A model generated the notes under the pieces. That model was given only the letters and a program-made list of their open reading frames with translations. It made no database searches and had not been told where the DNA came from. DNA of 63,722 bases, the filler included, from Choristocarpus tenellus KU-1152 (lineage: Eukaryota > Protista > Phaeophyceae), in NCBI GenBank assembly GCA_964200185.2. It is 11 parts of 11 records of this genome, joined end to end, with 100 filler letters (N's around TTAATTAATTAA, not from the genome) between each part and the next. Parts side by side here need not be neighbours in the genome. Positions count along the whole stretch, not along the records: positions 48,765 to 56,965 come from CAXNAD020005007.1; positions 57,066 to 63,722 come from CAXNAD020007634.1; 9 more parts are not named here. One strand, given 5' to 3'. Positions 51,744 through 63,722 of the stretch are shown piece after piece (within the stretch, counting starts at the first letter, position 1; each line of letters opens with the position of its first letter). A program made the translations under genes and the position numbers.

Positions 51744-54222
51744 GAAGAAGCCGAGAATGACTGATTGGAACAAGCGTGGTATTTAGAGTAGTACGGGTAA
51801 TGTGTTGGGAAGTAGAATTCAGCGTGATGAAATTGGGAATGTCATTGACAGATGTGGATGAAGAGTTTTCCTTGGCAGTGCCTGCATTTACCCTCTTGTT
51901 TTGAATTTGAGGACTATGAAGGAAGAACTCTGCCCTGAGCTGTACATTGCAAGTTGCAGTGCTGCGCAGAGGGCATATGGGATCTATTTCTTTTGCAGTC
52001 TCCTTGTTTGGGTTGATGTGCAGGGACTGTTTGGTGGTTTAGTGAGTGATGTAGTAATGTCGTGTCTGGTCTCCATCATAGGGCAGGGCATGCTGGTTTG
52101 AAGCACCCCCGTGTGTTTGGTAAGGAAGTAACTGTTATTGTGAGGTGGTTAGCCATATTTATGAAACTTTGAGGAATTATCATGTTTGTGTTATACTGTG
52201 TACATTGTAGGATGTGATTGAATGCCGAGGGTATTTGGTTGAAAGGCATTCATGCTTTTTTGATCATTGTAGAGAAGTCAAGAGCTATATTTTGCTGGTG
52301 CGCATAATTGGTCGGTTTTAGTGTGTACCTGTGCTTGTACTGTTGGGATAAGCCCTGTTCAGCACAAGTTTGGTGGTTAGAAGTAAAAGAGGAGGCAAAC
52401 CAAGAAGAGATGGTCATGTGCATTGTTAAATCACCATGCTGACAACAAGGAAAGGCACAAGGTTATGTACGCATGGACAATATATACTAAGGTCAATGAG
52501 GTAGTATAAAATACTGTTGAGTATTACACGTTTTAGTGGTTTCAAGAAAATACTAAGAATTAGAGAAAGTTCTATACAAATATAGTATGATAAAAATAAA
52601 AATAGATATGCAGAGTGTAGAGTCCCTTCTTGGCTACTGCTACTGCTACAAAGAAGTAAAACTTTTTGGCCTGCTATGGTGTCACCACCAATAATGACTG
52701 GTAGATGGTTTGGATTAATGGATTAATGCCATCACACGAACAATACAACAGTGATACTGACAAGAGGGTGAGATAAGGTTGAAGGTTGAAAGGAATCAAG
52801 CAAGCAGTCATTAAGAAGTAGGCAGAGCCCCTCAGTCGCCCATCCAGCCAGGTATACTTAAACAACAAAAGCAAATAGTGAGAGCCTTGCTCCTCTTAGC
52901 ATCATCATGTGGGTAATGTGACTACTGCACTTTCTTTACTTAACTTGTATTGTGTATGCATATAGCTCTTGACTGGTACTGTCAGACATACAGTATTAAG
53001 GGTAGTGGCCGTTGATGGTTACTACGAATACTACCGTACATCCAACCAAGCGGACCTGGCTGGTAGCCTGTGGTGGGGGGGAAATGAATACTCTGACAAA
53101 CCATTTGTGCCGCACATGTGCACGTATTCTAAACAACTAGAGTTATGGACCAAAAGAAGTAACCATTAAAATTAAATTATTGAACTGTCGGCGCAAGAAA
53201 TGCACGGAGGTTGCTGAGTGGCGACGCGGGGCAAAAAATTCCCCGACTTGAATTGAGCAAACCCAAGACCATGAATGTGTAGCGAGTTCCATTATTAGTG
53301 ACACCTTGTGATCAATGCAAAACTGTTGTGTGGTTCTGTGATCTTTGACACGTTCATAGTCGTGCTTAGCATGTGATCGTGAAAAAAAAAACTTTTCAGG
53401 TGAGTTACTTGGTTATTCCAATTTATCGAACTGAAGCCAATTGAAGTTCTACGGTTCACAACACTACTACCAAAACGCTTTCATCGTGTGAATTTAGGGC
53501 GGTTTTTCGCACACCTGGATCACACTTTAAGAGGGGTTTTGCTTGGCACGGTAATAACAGAGCATGTCTCAGTCATGGTTACGGCAGTGGTGTCCGTATG
53601 TGATGAGACCGAATGTATGACCCTATTGGCAATACTAATATTAATACCCATTAAATGGGTAATGGATGACACGGCACACAACACACGCACATGGTTAGGG
53701 TTAGAGTATGTAGCAGCGTTTTTGTAAGAAATGACATTTTTCTTCATTTTTATCACCCCAAACAGTCACCGATATATTAATAGCATGACCATCCCAGACG
53801 ATTTATGGAAAAAAACTGCTAAGGCGAGTATGCAAGTTATTCCTAAGTGAGTCAAAGTAATCGGGAGGTATCCAGGTTTTGGGCGCTTTGCAACTGAAGC
53901 CAGTTTTTCAATCTTTTGATATTCACACATATTTCTATGGATGAAATGCCAAGTTTGACTTAAGAGCGTTGATTTCCCTATTATTGTAGAGACTTTTTGA
54001 CACAATTCAGAGCCCTCGTAGTGGGTGCGCCTTCGCGCCTCAGCTGCAGCAGCAGCTACACCATTGCTGATGGATGAGTGGAGTAGGTGGGATGCCGTAA
54101 TTATCGTTATTATGACGAAGATGATTATGATTATCTTTTCTACAAAATGCCAGATGGCATAATAATAATTATTATGATGATGATGATCATCAAAACCTAA
54201 CCCTAACCCTAACCTCAACACA

Positions 54223-54500
54223 TTAGCGGTGGAAAGTTTTGGGCGCCTTTGCAAGCAAGCGGGAAGTTTTCTAGATGAGCTAGCTACACACGCGGTAGGG
54301 GAGAGAGGGACAGGAGGTTACACCAGGAAGGGGGCTCTATCAAATCCTGTCTACGACAGATAGTTTCTGTCACATCACATGAAGCCCTATCCAGATGGGT
54401 CATGTGCTTCAAGCTGGAGACACCAGGGAGATGGGCAAGGAGAGGTTGTTAGATTCATGGGATGCCTCCCTAACCCCTCACCCTGGAGTACAAGGCTAAG
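54223..54500 (+). mobile_element. 3' fragment of a non-LTR retrotransposon with a restriction-like endonuclease tail; its 3' tail is duplicated out to about 55125
   Basis: LAVESFGRLCKQAGSFLDELATH matches the AVE.FGRLG..A..FL..LA end of RLE-type elements; second copy at 56560-56836. Confidence 0.65.
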
Positions 54501-54822
54501 CTAGGTTAGAGGCACAGGAAGGGAATTATGTAGCATAATTGGTAGTAAAATAGGGAATAGAATAATGCTTTTTACATATATGACAACTGTTACTTTTTGT
54601 TTTCATTGGTTTTTCCCCTGACACATCTGGAAAATGTTAGAGAGCATAATGATTATTATTATTGTGAGACAGTAGGGAGATGGGCAAGGAGGGGCTTGTT
54701 AGATTCGTGGGATGCCTCCCTAGCCTCTCATTCTAGAGCACAGGACTAATCTAAGTTAGAGGCACAGGAAGGGAGTGGTGTAGGATAACTGGTAGCATAA
54801 TAGGGAATAGATTAATATTTCC

Positions 54823-54998
54823 GGTGCAAAGTATCGGGGGGGGGGTGGCGGCTGTCCATTTGGATTCAATTTTTTCATGTCACGATTTCTGGGCGATTTG
54901 GTTGCATACGTGGGATGGATAATGTAAGTGCACTTTTCCTGATCACGGGCCAAATGAACACAATGGTGTAGACCCCCCCCCCACAGATACTTCGGGTA
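54823..54998 (-). mobile_element. MITE family A, full length, inserted in the duplicated tail
   Basis: TIRs present; the sister duplicate near 54560-54575 lacks the insertion (empty site). Confidence 0.9.
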
Positions 54999-55469
54999 TT
55001 TTCACATTTATGACAACTGTTACTTTTTTAGAGTTTACTCTGACATGTGAATATTTTTTGTTGATTGTTCCCTGACACATCTGGAAATGTGAGAGGGCAT
55101 AATAATAAAATTATTGTGAGTATTATGATTATTATTTTCATGGACAGGTCACCTTTTTTGGGATCTCCGACATTGATGAGGATAATATGCGCAGTCAAAC
55201 ACATTTGCGTGCATCACCTTTTGCAATTGAGTCCAGGGCAAGTGATGTGTTGTGGGTCATACACATGACTGGCACGTGGTAACCCCGACATGAACGGTTG
55301 ATTCAAGCCAGCAAAGCCCGATATTGTGTTTCTGTTCTGGCTGGTCACAACCAATCACACTGAAGATTGATCCACATGGCACTCTGAGGTTGTTGACATA
55401 CACCTAGCATGCCTCATTCTCATCTTGCAATTCCTTTCTGAGCCTTATCTATGGTGGTTCTCATCACGC

Positions 55470-56135
55470 CCCATTACATTATGATTGTTGTGATTTTGAA
55501 TTATTGCAATTTGTGAATCATGTGATTCTGTGGCGGCGTGGTTCACTCAGGCAAGGGTGGTGAAGAGAGTCCCCAGGCAAAACGGACCAGACACACAAAG
55601 ACGAACCGTACCGAGGGTACGAGGTTAAGGTTGGACAAGTGCAAATTGAGGAGTGATGAAGCCCCTTTTTTTTTTTTTTTTTTTTTTATTATCTAAGACG
55701 TNNNNNNNNNNGTGATGAGCATCATCAAAAAAGGGGCTTCATCACCATCAGCCAAGACGTGAGAACAAAGTGGATCTTCCATGTGTGACAACTCTAAATG
55801 ACGAGCTGTCCCAAGTCCATGGGATTGGTCACATGAAGAGATCCCAATGTTTCATTCTGACGGAAAGTCTGTCCGTCAAATCATGGACGCTTGGCTGGGA
55901 ACCTCAATCGGTAAAACAGTATAACGGTATATGGCATACGGCAATAACGGTATAACAACAGACAAACATGCTTTCCACAAATTGTAATGATTATATCTGT
56001 GAATCGTGTGATTCTGTGGCGGTGTTGTTCACTCAGGCAAGGGTGGTGAAGAGAATCACCGAGCAAGACAGACCAGATGAACAAAAATGAACAGTAACCG
56101 AGAGGACGAGGTTATGGTTGGACAAATGCAAAGAC
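55470..56135. repeat. Dispersed direct repeat of about 150 bp (~55505-55650 and ~55990-56135)
   Basis: TGTGAATC.TGTGATTCTGTGGCGG...TTCACTCAGGCAAGGGTGGTGAAGAGA...GAGGTTA.GGTTGGACAA.TGCAAA twice. Confidence 0.8.
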
Positions 56136-56559
56136 TAAAAGGACTTGCAGGAAAAAGTGGGAAACTGAGGAAGTGGGGAGGATCACGATTCGGATGGGTT
56201 TCGGCAAAGAAACCCTTCAGAGATGGCAGATCCGCCTTCGGAAACAAGTACTCTTAAAGAAGAAGAGACTTTGCAAGAAGACAAGGAAATATATCTCTCC
56301 GAGTATCCTGCACACAGCTGAACTGAAAAACCAATGAAAACTATTCACATATCTAACAAATCCCTAAACAAGTAAGAGTTTTCACAAAATGAAAAATGTT
56401 GATCTATTTCCTATTTTACAACCACATATCTATGTTGTACTATTATTGCCTTCCTGTTGTATCCCAAACCTATTCCTGTACCCAAGGGTGAGGGGCTAGG
56501 GAACCATCCCACGAATCTAATAAACCCACATATCACGATATATTGTTTTCTAGAGGTAA

Positions 56560-56836
56560 GCTTAGTCCTGTACTCCAGGGTAAGGGGCTAGGGATGCATC
56601 CCACGGATCTAACAAGTCCCTCCTTGGCCATCTCCCTGGTGTCTCCAGCTTAAAGCACATGAACGTCTGGATAGGGCTTCCTGTGATGTGAGAGAAACTG
56701 TCTGTCGTATACGGGATTTGACTGCCCCCTTCCAGGTGTAACCTCCTGTCCCTCCCCCCCCTACCACGTGCGTAGCTAGCTCGTCCAGAAAACTTTCTAC
56801 TTGCTTGCCGAGGCGCCCAAAACATTCCACCGCTAA
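56560..56836 (-). mobile_element. Second, inverted copy of the RLE-type non-LTR 3' fragment
   Basis: LAVECFGRLGKQVESFLDELATHVVGG...SRIRQTVSLTSQEALSRR; nucleotide sequence aligns with 54223-54500. Confidence 0.65.
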
Positions 56837-57065
56837 GGTATTGCCACACCACAAAAAAGAAGAATAGGGGAATGATGCTCTTCATTTCTCTGAGGGAATA
56901 GAGCGGACTGAATTGGGGCGCAAGACAGGACAAGAACACACCCCAGCAGCAGAGAGCAAGTGAGGNNNNNNNNNNNNNNNNNNNNNNNNNNNNNNNNNNN
57001 NNNNNNNNNTTAATTAATTAANNNNNNNNNNNNNNNNNNNNNNNNNNNNNNNNNNNNNNNNNNNN

Positions 57066-60000
57066 CTCTGCCCTATCTGGTGTAAGCTCATCATCAGCGC
57101 CCAATAAATTCACCCTCTCAAGTACTGCTTGGTGTTCTGGGTCACCCAGCATGGTACCCAATGTTTCCAGAGCTTCTGTTAAGGTCTGGTTATGAGATAG
57201 AAGGTTGGGTACCTCTCATTTACGTTTTGGCTCAATATTTATTTCCACTATTTTGATATTATTTCGTGAACCCATGCAAAAAAAAAACTGTTATGAATGA
57301 AGGGGCAATGTAGAATGCTTACGATATGATATTTTTATTATTGTTGAGTCAGAGGCAAACAGCGACCCTGTGTATAGACAGAGAGAAAAGGATGCTTTCA
57401 TTGTGCTTGTACTGGCATCAAGAGATGTTGGCGTGTTGCTGAGCTGTTGGTAGTCTGAGTGCACTCTCACAGTACTCCCCTAGTGTGACGTGAGCACCTT
57501 CTCCTGTGTGGAGTGCTGTATTGTCAATACCTAGCACTGAGCTCAACGAGTCAGTTCATTCTGAGTAGGATTTGCACAAACACACACACATACACATACA
57601 CACACACACACAAAGCAAGTACTTCGTTCAGATCAAGTTTTGTGCCCCCTGCCTGATACACACTGGAAATGATATGAATGATAGTCCATTGTTTGTCCTT
57701 TGCACACCTGGATGGATTCAATGCAATTGCGCCTGATGGCCTGGGCATACTCTTCCATCTCTTTCTTGGTCGCCAATCCCCCCTTGTATATAGCTTTCAC
57801 CTGCATATAGAGGAAGCAAGCGGGTGGGGGAGGGGAGTAATTTAATGTGCTTGTTGGGAACGGATACATGGTATCAAGGGTACCATGAACTGTCAAACCC
57901 TTGGCCACATCTCTACAATGCTCTAGCTTATCAGCAACCATGTGATCGGCATACCCTGTTCATTGAAAACCCTATCCAACCAACCAACGAGAACCAAACC
58001 TATTGTTGTACAAAGGATAAAAGGGGGGGGACAGCCACGGAAGGTTCAGTTTTGGCACTCAAGTTAGTCTAGAAAAAAAGGAATAAAGCGATCCCCTGGC
58101 TTTCTTATTTGTTGTTGCCCATTTCGAAAGCATAAAAAGAAAAAAGGTACACTTTATATACTCCAATGGACACATCTCTTTTTTTATTGTTGTTGTTGTT
58201 GTTGCCCATATCGAAAGCACAAAAGAAAAAAAGGTACACTTTATATACTCCAATGGACACATCTCAGAGATGTACTCAAATCAGGATGCAACCTTGTTTT
58301 TGAGTGACGAACAAATGTTTCATCTCCGTGTTTTTATCCACATCTACCTCCTAACACGTCTTCACTTAAAGTGTAAGCCAGGTTATGGAGAGATAACAGT
58401 TTTGCTGAGTTCGTCTTTCCCTGATATTGATCATCACTAGCAGCAAGAAGGTAGCACATGGTGTATTCAGGAAGAAAAACTGCGCGGATGCACTAACTGG
58501 AAATGCCCTGCATATTACGTCTTACTGAGCCTTACGCCTTAGAGATTTTCTGAGGCAGAGTCACACCATAGTGCCCTGTCTAGCATTCCTCAAGACACCT
58601 CAGCATTGCCAAGGAAGAACAAGAAGTGAATTTATATATCATTGAAGGGGCCAAGTGAAAATGAACTACTCTTTGCAATCCTTATGAATACAATGTCAAT
58701 GAGCTTTTCACTGCTGTAATTTGTGTCGCAGTTAATTCCCAGAGATAGTGTCACTAGCCCAGGTAGTCACCAAGTATTTTCTGGTTGGAAGATATTAGAA
58801 AGAGCTTTAAGGTCACCCAAATCCTCGTGCTGTGAAAAATGCTCGTTACATTTATTTTCCCAATTCATGAGTCAGAAAAGTTGAAGTGACCTGAGGGACC
58901 TCCAAGGTTCTGGGGAAGTCGATCCAGGGTCCTCGTTCTCTATGTTGAGTGACCAAAAAAGGCCAGGTGGAGCTTTTAGAGACTTGGCACAGTAAACTTA
59001 TAGTGTAGGGCGACTCAGCCCAATCCTGCTGCACACGTATTGCAGAGAATAGCGTGATACATCCTATCTCTTACTGCAATGACCTTCCAATATCAAAATC
59101 CCTGGTTTCTTCAGCTCAATTTATCCTCCTCCTCTACCTTGATCCACTAGATTTCGACCTTCTGAAAGTAGTTTTGGGACACTCCTCCGGGCTAAACTCG
59201 CCATAGTTGACCGTTTGGATTGTTTTTCGGTCGTGTGGTGAGTAAGCACTGTTGAGTTATTAGATGTGTTCTTCCTGTTACCAGTAGAGTGGAAAAGCAC
59301 TCCCCTCTCACCTGCTTGACCACTGTGCTCTTGCCCGATTCCCCTGCTCCTAAGAGTAGTATCTTGAAGTGATTTTGATCTGCTAAAGCCATGTCCTCCA
59401 GTTGTTTGTCTACATCTTTTGTCTGAGAAGTAGTGAATGAATGGTAAAGGAGCATAGAGCACGTAACTCATTCCGACTATATTGTGCTGTCAACCAAACT
59501 TATGTATACATGGCATGACGTCGCGATAGACGACATTATAGCAGGACAAGAGAGTTCATATCCTCATGATGACTCGAAGTACTGTATTTATTTCGAGCGA
59601 GATTTGATAAGGGTAGTACAGAGACTGCTTTCTTTCTGAATAGTGTCTACAACTAAACATTCACAGTTCAATATTGCCTAAGGAACTGAAGATGTAGGTA
59701 TATGCAAAGGGTAGGGAATGCGTATGTTCAGAATACGTAAGTGAGTATTTACAGAATAGTTTCCTTCCGGTCCCCTCCCTTTTCTCCCCCTCGCCGTCGA
59801 TGTTTCCTATGTTCCATTACTTCGTGTAGGATACATTCTACTTCTCTGGTTGCATGATCCATTATATGTATTCAAATTCGATGAGTAGAGCTTGATGCTG
59901 AGGATACACCAGTTGAAACATGTCGAAATATTAGTAAAACCACCCGACTTCCTGCTCGGTAGCTCAGGGGTTTACTATTGTTTCAACAATACCAGAGTTA

Positions 60001-60202
60001 ACACTGTGAGGCAGTACACTTCTGCAGGTCTACAAGGATATTTCCCACCTCATCATCGTAAATACGTCACTAGTGATCCAAACTATGTCGGCTTCACGCG
60101 ACAATTTCATGTGTTTTGGGCATGGCCCTCGACCCAACATACCGTATGTGTAATCACCTGAGCATCTACCTCCATTGTCTGGATGGAGCTTCCACTACCC
60201 AT
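57066..60202 (-). CDS. Heterotrimeric G-protein alpha subunit, 5' part. Exons 60202-60158, 59422-59312, 57800-57708, 57185-<57066
   Basis: MGSGSSIQTMEVDAQ|TKDVDKQLEDMALADQNHFKILLLGAGESGKSTVVKQ|VKAIYKGG...IRRNCIESIQ|TLTEALETLG...: MGxxxS myristoylation motif and the G1 P-loop GAGESGKST at the usual spacing; all phase-0 GT-AG. Cut by the linker. Confidence 0.92.
58118..58265. repeat. Tandem duplication, about 84-bp period, intronic
   Basis: GCCCAT.TCGAAAGCA.AAAAGAAAAAA(A)GGTACACTTTATATACTCCAATGGACACATCTC twice. Confidence 0.85.
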
Positions 60203-60567
60203 GATTGTATCTCCTTCAACACTAGAAAATTGTTTCTTTGTGGAGATTGTTGGAATGCAATGAACGTTAAGCTTTCCTATCGCATTGAAGCATGCCCAGG
60301 ATCAGTCAAAAGGCTCGTCGTAATATCAATCTGATACAAGAAAATACAAATAGTAAGGGCATCACTTGCCCCTCGTCTTCTTCACCTAATACCTACTTTT
60401 GGCAATCGTCACGCCATTGAACGAGAATTGATAGTGGGGAATAAGCATACCCTATATTGTGGAGTCTCTTCAACAAACACGAACGAAACCGAAAAAAACG
60501 TGTAGACACTCAATATGTGCTGCCTGAAGTGTGTGTTATCCCCATAACAGACCCAAATATCGGCAGT

Positions 60568-63054
60568 ATGACAGCCAAGTGGCTGCGTGACCTTCATCGG
60601 GATGCTGCATTTTCCAAGCCTGTGGCAGACCCTGAACCTGATATCTCTAATCCCGTATTCGCCGCAAGAATCGAAACGGAGACAAAACACATGATCGCCG
60701 AGCAAGTGAGTAACAACAAGGGTATGTAGCGTGTAGTCCACGCCAAGTCATATCATTGAGAGAGCACATTCCACCCATTCACGTCTCTATGGTTAGTGCC
60801 TGAGAAACGTTTCCAATATAGAACTATAGAGCTGCTTTTTCTGTCAGAAACTTCTTCCACATTTTGCCCCAATACTCTGGTGGCCTTACCCAGCAGTTTG
60901 GGCAGATATTTCTCGCGATATCGATGGACCGAATGTAACGAAGTCCCACATGCTGCCCCTCTCCTCCCGCATACATGAACTTGTCGTAATATCACTTCCA
61001 ATCAGTGCTTGCGCACCAGCCGTGCCATTGCCGACGCAGTAGCCGAGGTTACCCGAGCAGAACATGCATCTCGTATGGAGGTTGTGGTAAACACTCTCCG
61101 TCAGAGGCTAGCTAAAAGCGATCGTGTGCTCAACACGAACAAGAAGAAGGGATCACATAGGTCAGACTTCCCTATAATCTACACGTGTCCAGAGTGGTCA
61201 GTGGAGTTCCAGGACAGCCTACTTTCAGAATACAGTACTTGTCCACGAATTGTTTTTATCCAATTTACAAGACTATCAAGAAACTCATGTCCCAATAGGA
61301 GGACTCAAGAGTAGTCCTACCTGAACTACATACCACAAAAGCTACTACTATCACCCCTATCCCTCTGCCACTACTTCATCCAACCTACGATACACACAGT
61401 AAAGAGAAGCACATCCCTTGGAGAACAGCCGGGGTTGGTCGTGCGGCTCATCCTTTGCCGCCGCCATGGGTAAACAGCTCCCGAAAGATGGTTCAAGAAA
61501 CGACTTGGATCGGGAAGGGGGCTCCTGCTCCAGAATATTTATATGAGCTCAACTCTCACTTCCACCATTTCTCGAACCATGACACTAATATCACAAGATC
61601 ACCTTCAGGGGAATCAGTTTTTAAGGAAGCCATCACGATACCAACACGTAGGTTCCATCAAGAGTGTGGAACCATTGATGATGCTAAAGTCATAGAAAGA
61701 CTGGCAGATATAAGAAAGCGCTTCAATCGATCTGTCTCCTCCTCAGTTCTTGACATCCCTGTCAGCACTGGTACAGCCCTGGAAACATCCTCTAGTATGG
61801 GTGAGAATGAAGGAGAAATGGGGAGGGGCTGGACCTTGGGGGAGAGTCCATCAAATTGTTGGAGTGATAAACAAGTGTCCCAAAGAAGACAAAGCATAGG
61901 CAATACTGGCAAGCTATGATAGAGGCAGATGCACATGCATAAAGTGTACAATTTTAGAAAAGGGCAGAAACACATATCATGTGGCTAAGATTTTGGATCG
62001 CCAATTTTTTGGTGAAATACCTCACCTAATGCTAACTTTTTATAGTCAAACCAAGCAGTCTTAGGGTCAAATCTCAAAGCCTCCAGCTCTCACCATACTC
62101 AAAAGTTGATCTCTCCAGAAGGAGGCTCGAACGACCATCCAAGGGTTAGGGTTAGATCCGTTCTGTTCATTTTTGCATGGTGTAAGGGGTAAGATTCCAT
62201 CATTGGTGCAGACTGAAAGCATAGATTTAGAAACAGATTAGGGCTTGGGGAAAGGACAATGTCTACAACTCATTGGAAATCAGAGGTGCTTTGGGGTATA
62301 CCACACATGCATATAGGGGTTCTACACAATTACTAGACATTGGAAGGAATTATTTAAGCCTACCTAATGATGGCACTAAGTTTGTGCTTCTAGCAAGAGG
62401 CTTCACACACTTTTCTTTGTGTCTCTCTTCCTCATTGCTCATGGAGGTGAGGAAATGTTACCAAGGTGTCAACTGCAACAAAGAGGGGAGCCCCTGGAAC
62501 AATGTGAGCAAGAGGACCTCAGTCAGGGTCATGCCAAACATTGTACTTGGCAGGAACATGTCACTGCAAGGCCATGGTCAGCCCCAGAAACCCTAGGGAG
62601 ACAAAACCAACTATCATATCCAGGCAATGAAAACGAAAGGAACCTGTCTCTACTTGACTTTCAAGCACACCTAGGTGACCCAGCTAGAGTGCAGAATGTA
62701 GAAGGGGTGGGAACAATGCCTGTGGTTGAGGGTGATAGGAGCAACAGCATTTTCAGCAGGGCTGGGGAAGCATCTCAACTGGAGAAGGAAGAAGAGGTTG
62801 GGGAGGAAGAGAAGAGGTTTGAGCAACAGCAGCAGCAGGAGGAGTCGGGTCAGAATAGTGATGGAGCCCTAATTGGAGCTCGTAGTAGGAAAGAAGACAA
62901 TGAGGTCTCCAGGGGTATCAATATGTCATGGAATCGAGAGAGGGAGAAGAGGGATAAGAAGTATCAGCAGAGGCGGAAGGAGTCAGCCCAAAGGGTGGAT
63001 CAGGCAAGCAAGGGGGGCACATTGCAATTATCAGTTTTAAAAGCTCTGACTTGA
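60568..63054 (+). CDS. Hypothetical protein. Exons 60568-60705, 61006-61160, 61400-61908, 62447-63054
   Basis: Four open segments join with consistent phases (0, 2, 1): MTAKWLRDLHR...MIAEQ|CLRTSRAIADAVAEV...|KEKHIPWRTAG...|EEMLPR...KALT*. The third intron needs a GC donor. No domain recognised. Confidence 0.6.
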
Positions 63055-63078
63055 TCTGAAGTAGTCAGCCATTGCTCT

Positions 63079-63116
<38 letters not shown>

Positions 63117-63696
63117 ATAAGAATTATGAATAGGGGAAGATTTCTATATATGTATATACTTCTTAGAGAGTGTATTATAGATGAGGGCGGTATATGACCA
63201 GTCGTTGTGACCCGAACATTCCATGGGATGCAGGAACCTTGTTGTGTAGGCACACACTGTATGTGGTTCGGGACACATTATTTGATCTATGGACACCTTC
63301 AAAGGTCCTCTCAACAAATCAGGTAGACAAACACAATGGAGCATGCCGCTTACCTCTTTTGGCATGATTTTACCGCCCCAACCTGTCTTTGGAAACTCTA
63401 CAGTTTGATGTATTGGTTGAGGGCTAGGATCAACCCCGATGGTCCTGTTGTTGGCCCATTCGGTAACCAAAACTATCTTGTCAATTGTCAAGGGGTTACA
63501 TGTTTTTGACGTGTTCAGGCTCTGGTGTATTTCAAGCTCACACAAAGACGAACATCACGGCAAAAAATATATAGGCTTCTGCACAATGCAATATAGAAGA
63601 TAATTTTATTTTTCAAGTGATACCTTCCAGAAGAACTGTTGTGTTCTTTTCTTTGAAGATTTATTGGCAGAACATTTATCTACTGAGGGGGGTTTG

Positions 63697-63722
63697 ACAA
63701 AAAGTATCTGAGGGGGGGGGGG
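63697..63722 (+). mobile_element. MITE family A terminus at the window end
   Basis: AAAAGTATCTGA-polyG. Confidence 0.6.

Noticed and set aside
52674-52874. GSAYFL as a downstream G-alpha exon
   Set aside because: Different contig, and no neighbouring G-alpha motifs (TTGI, DVGGQR).
54194-54214. CCCTAA repeats as a chromosome end (similar short runs near 12197, 41460 and 47259)
   Set aside because: Only 2-4 degenerate interstitial units inside contigs.
13370-60202. A signalling or immunity gene cluster (DUF3638, IQ, STAND-SH2, G-alpha)
   Set aside because: The genes lie on different contigs separated by artificial linkers.
63144-63545. 133-aa minus-strand ORF
   Set aside because: No recognisable motif or splice context; cannot be supported as a gene.

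Overview
Eukaryotic nuclear DNA from an intron-rich stramenopile, most likely a brown alga (inferred from Ectocarpus-type LINE motifs, a ciliary CFAP44 gene, TTAGGG-type interstitial repeats and gene style). The window is not one locus: it is 11 contigs joined by ten identical 100-bp linkers (44 N + TTAATTAATTAA + 44 N), so adjacency across a linker means nothing. Spliced gene models rebuilt by hand with phase-consistent splice sites: CFAP44 (partial), an IQ-motif protein with a degenerate GIY-YIG-like domain, an IMPACT/YigZ-domain protein, GatB (3' part), a STAND/NB-ARC-like NTPase fused to a STAT-type linker-SH2 module (3' part), a Trp-motif splicing-factor-like protein (5' part), one ETFDH exon, a PPR protein (3' part), a G-protein alpha subunit (5' part) and a hypothetical protein. 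Also present: an intronless DUF3638/DUF3645 SF2-helicase-like pseudogene, a degenerate tRNA-Asp, a decayed APE-RT LINE, two RLE-type non-LTR 3' fragments, and about 19 copies of two MITE families that share terminal and subterminal motifs. Most interesting: the NLR-like STAND ATPase carrying a STAT linker-SH2 in its sensor position, a clear CpG-deamination and CpG-island pattern, the GIY-YIG/IQ fusion, and several GC-AG introns. All family calls come from motif recognition by eye; no searches were run.
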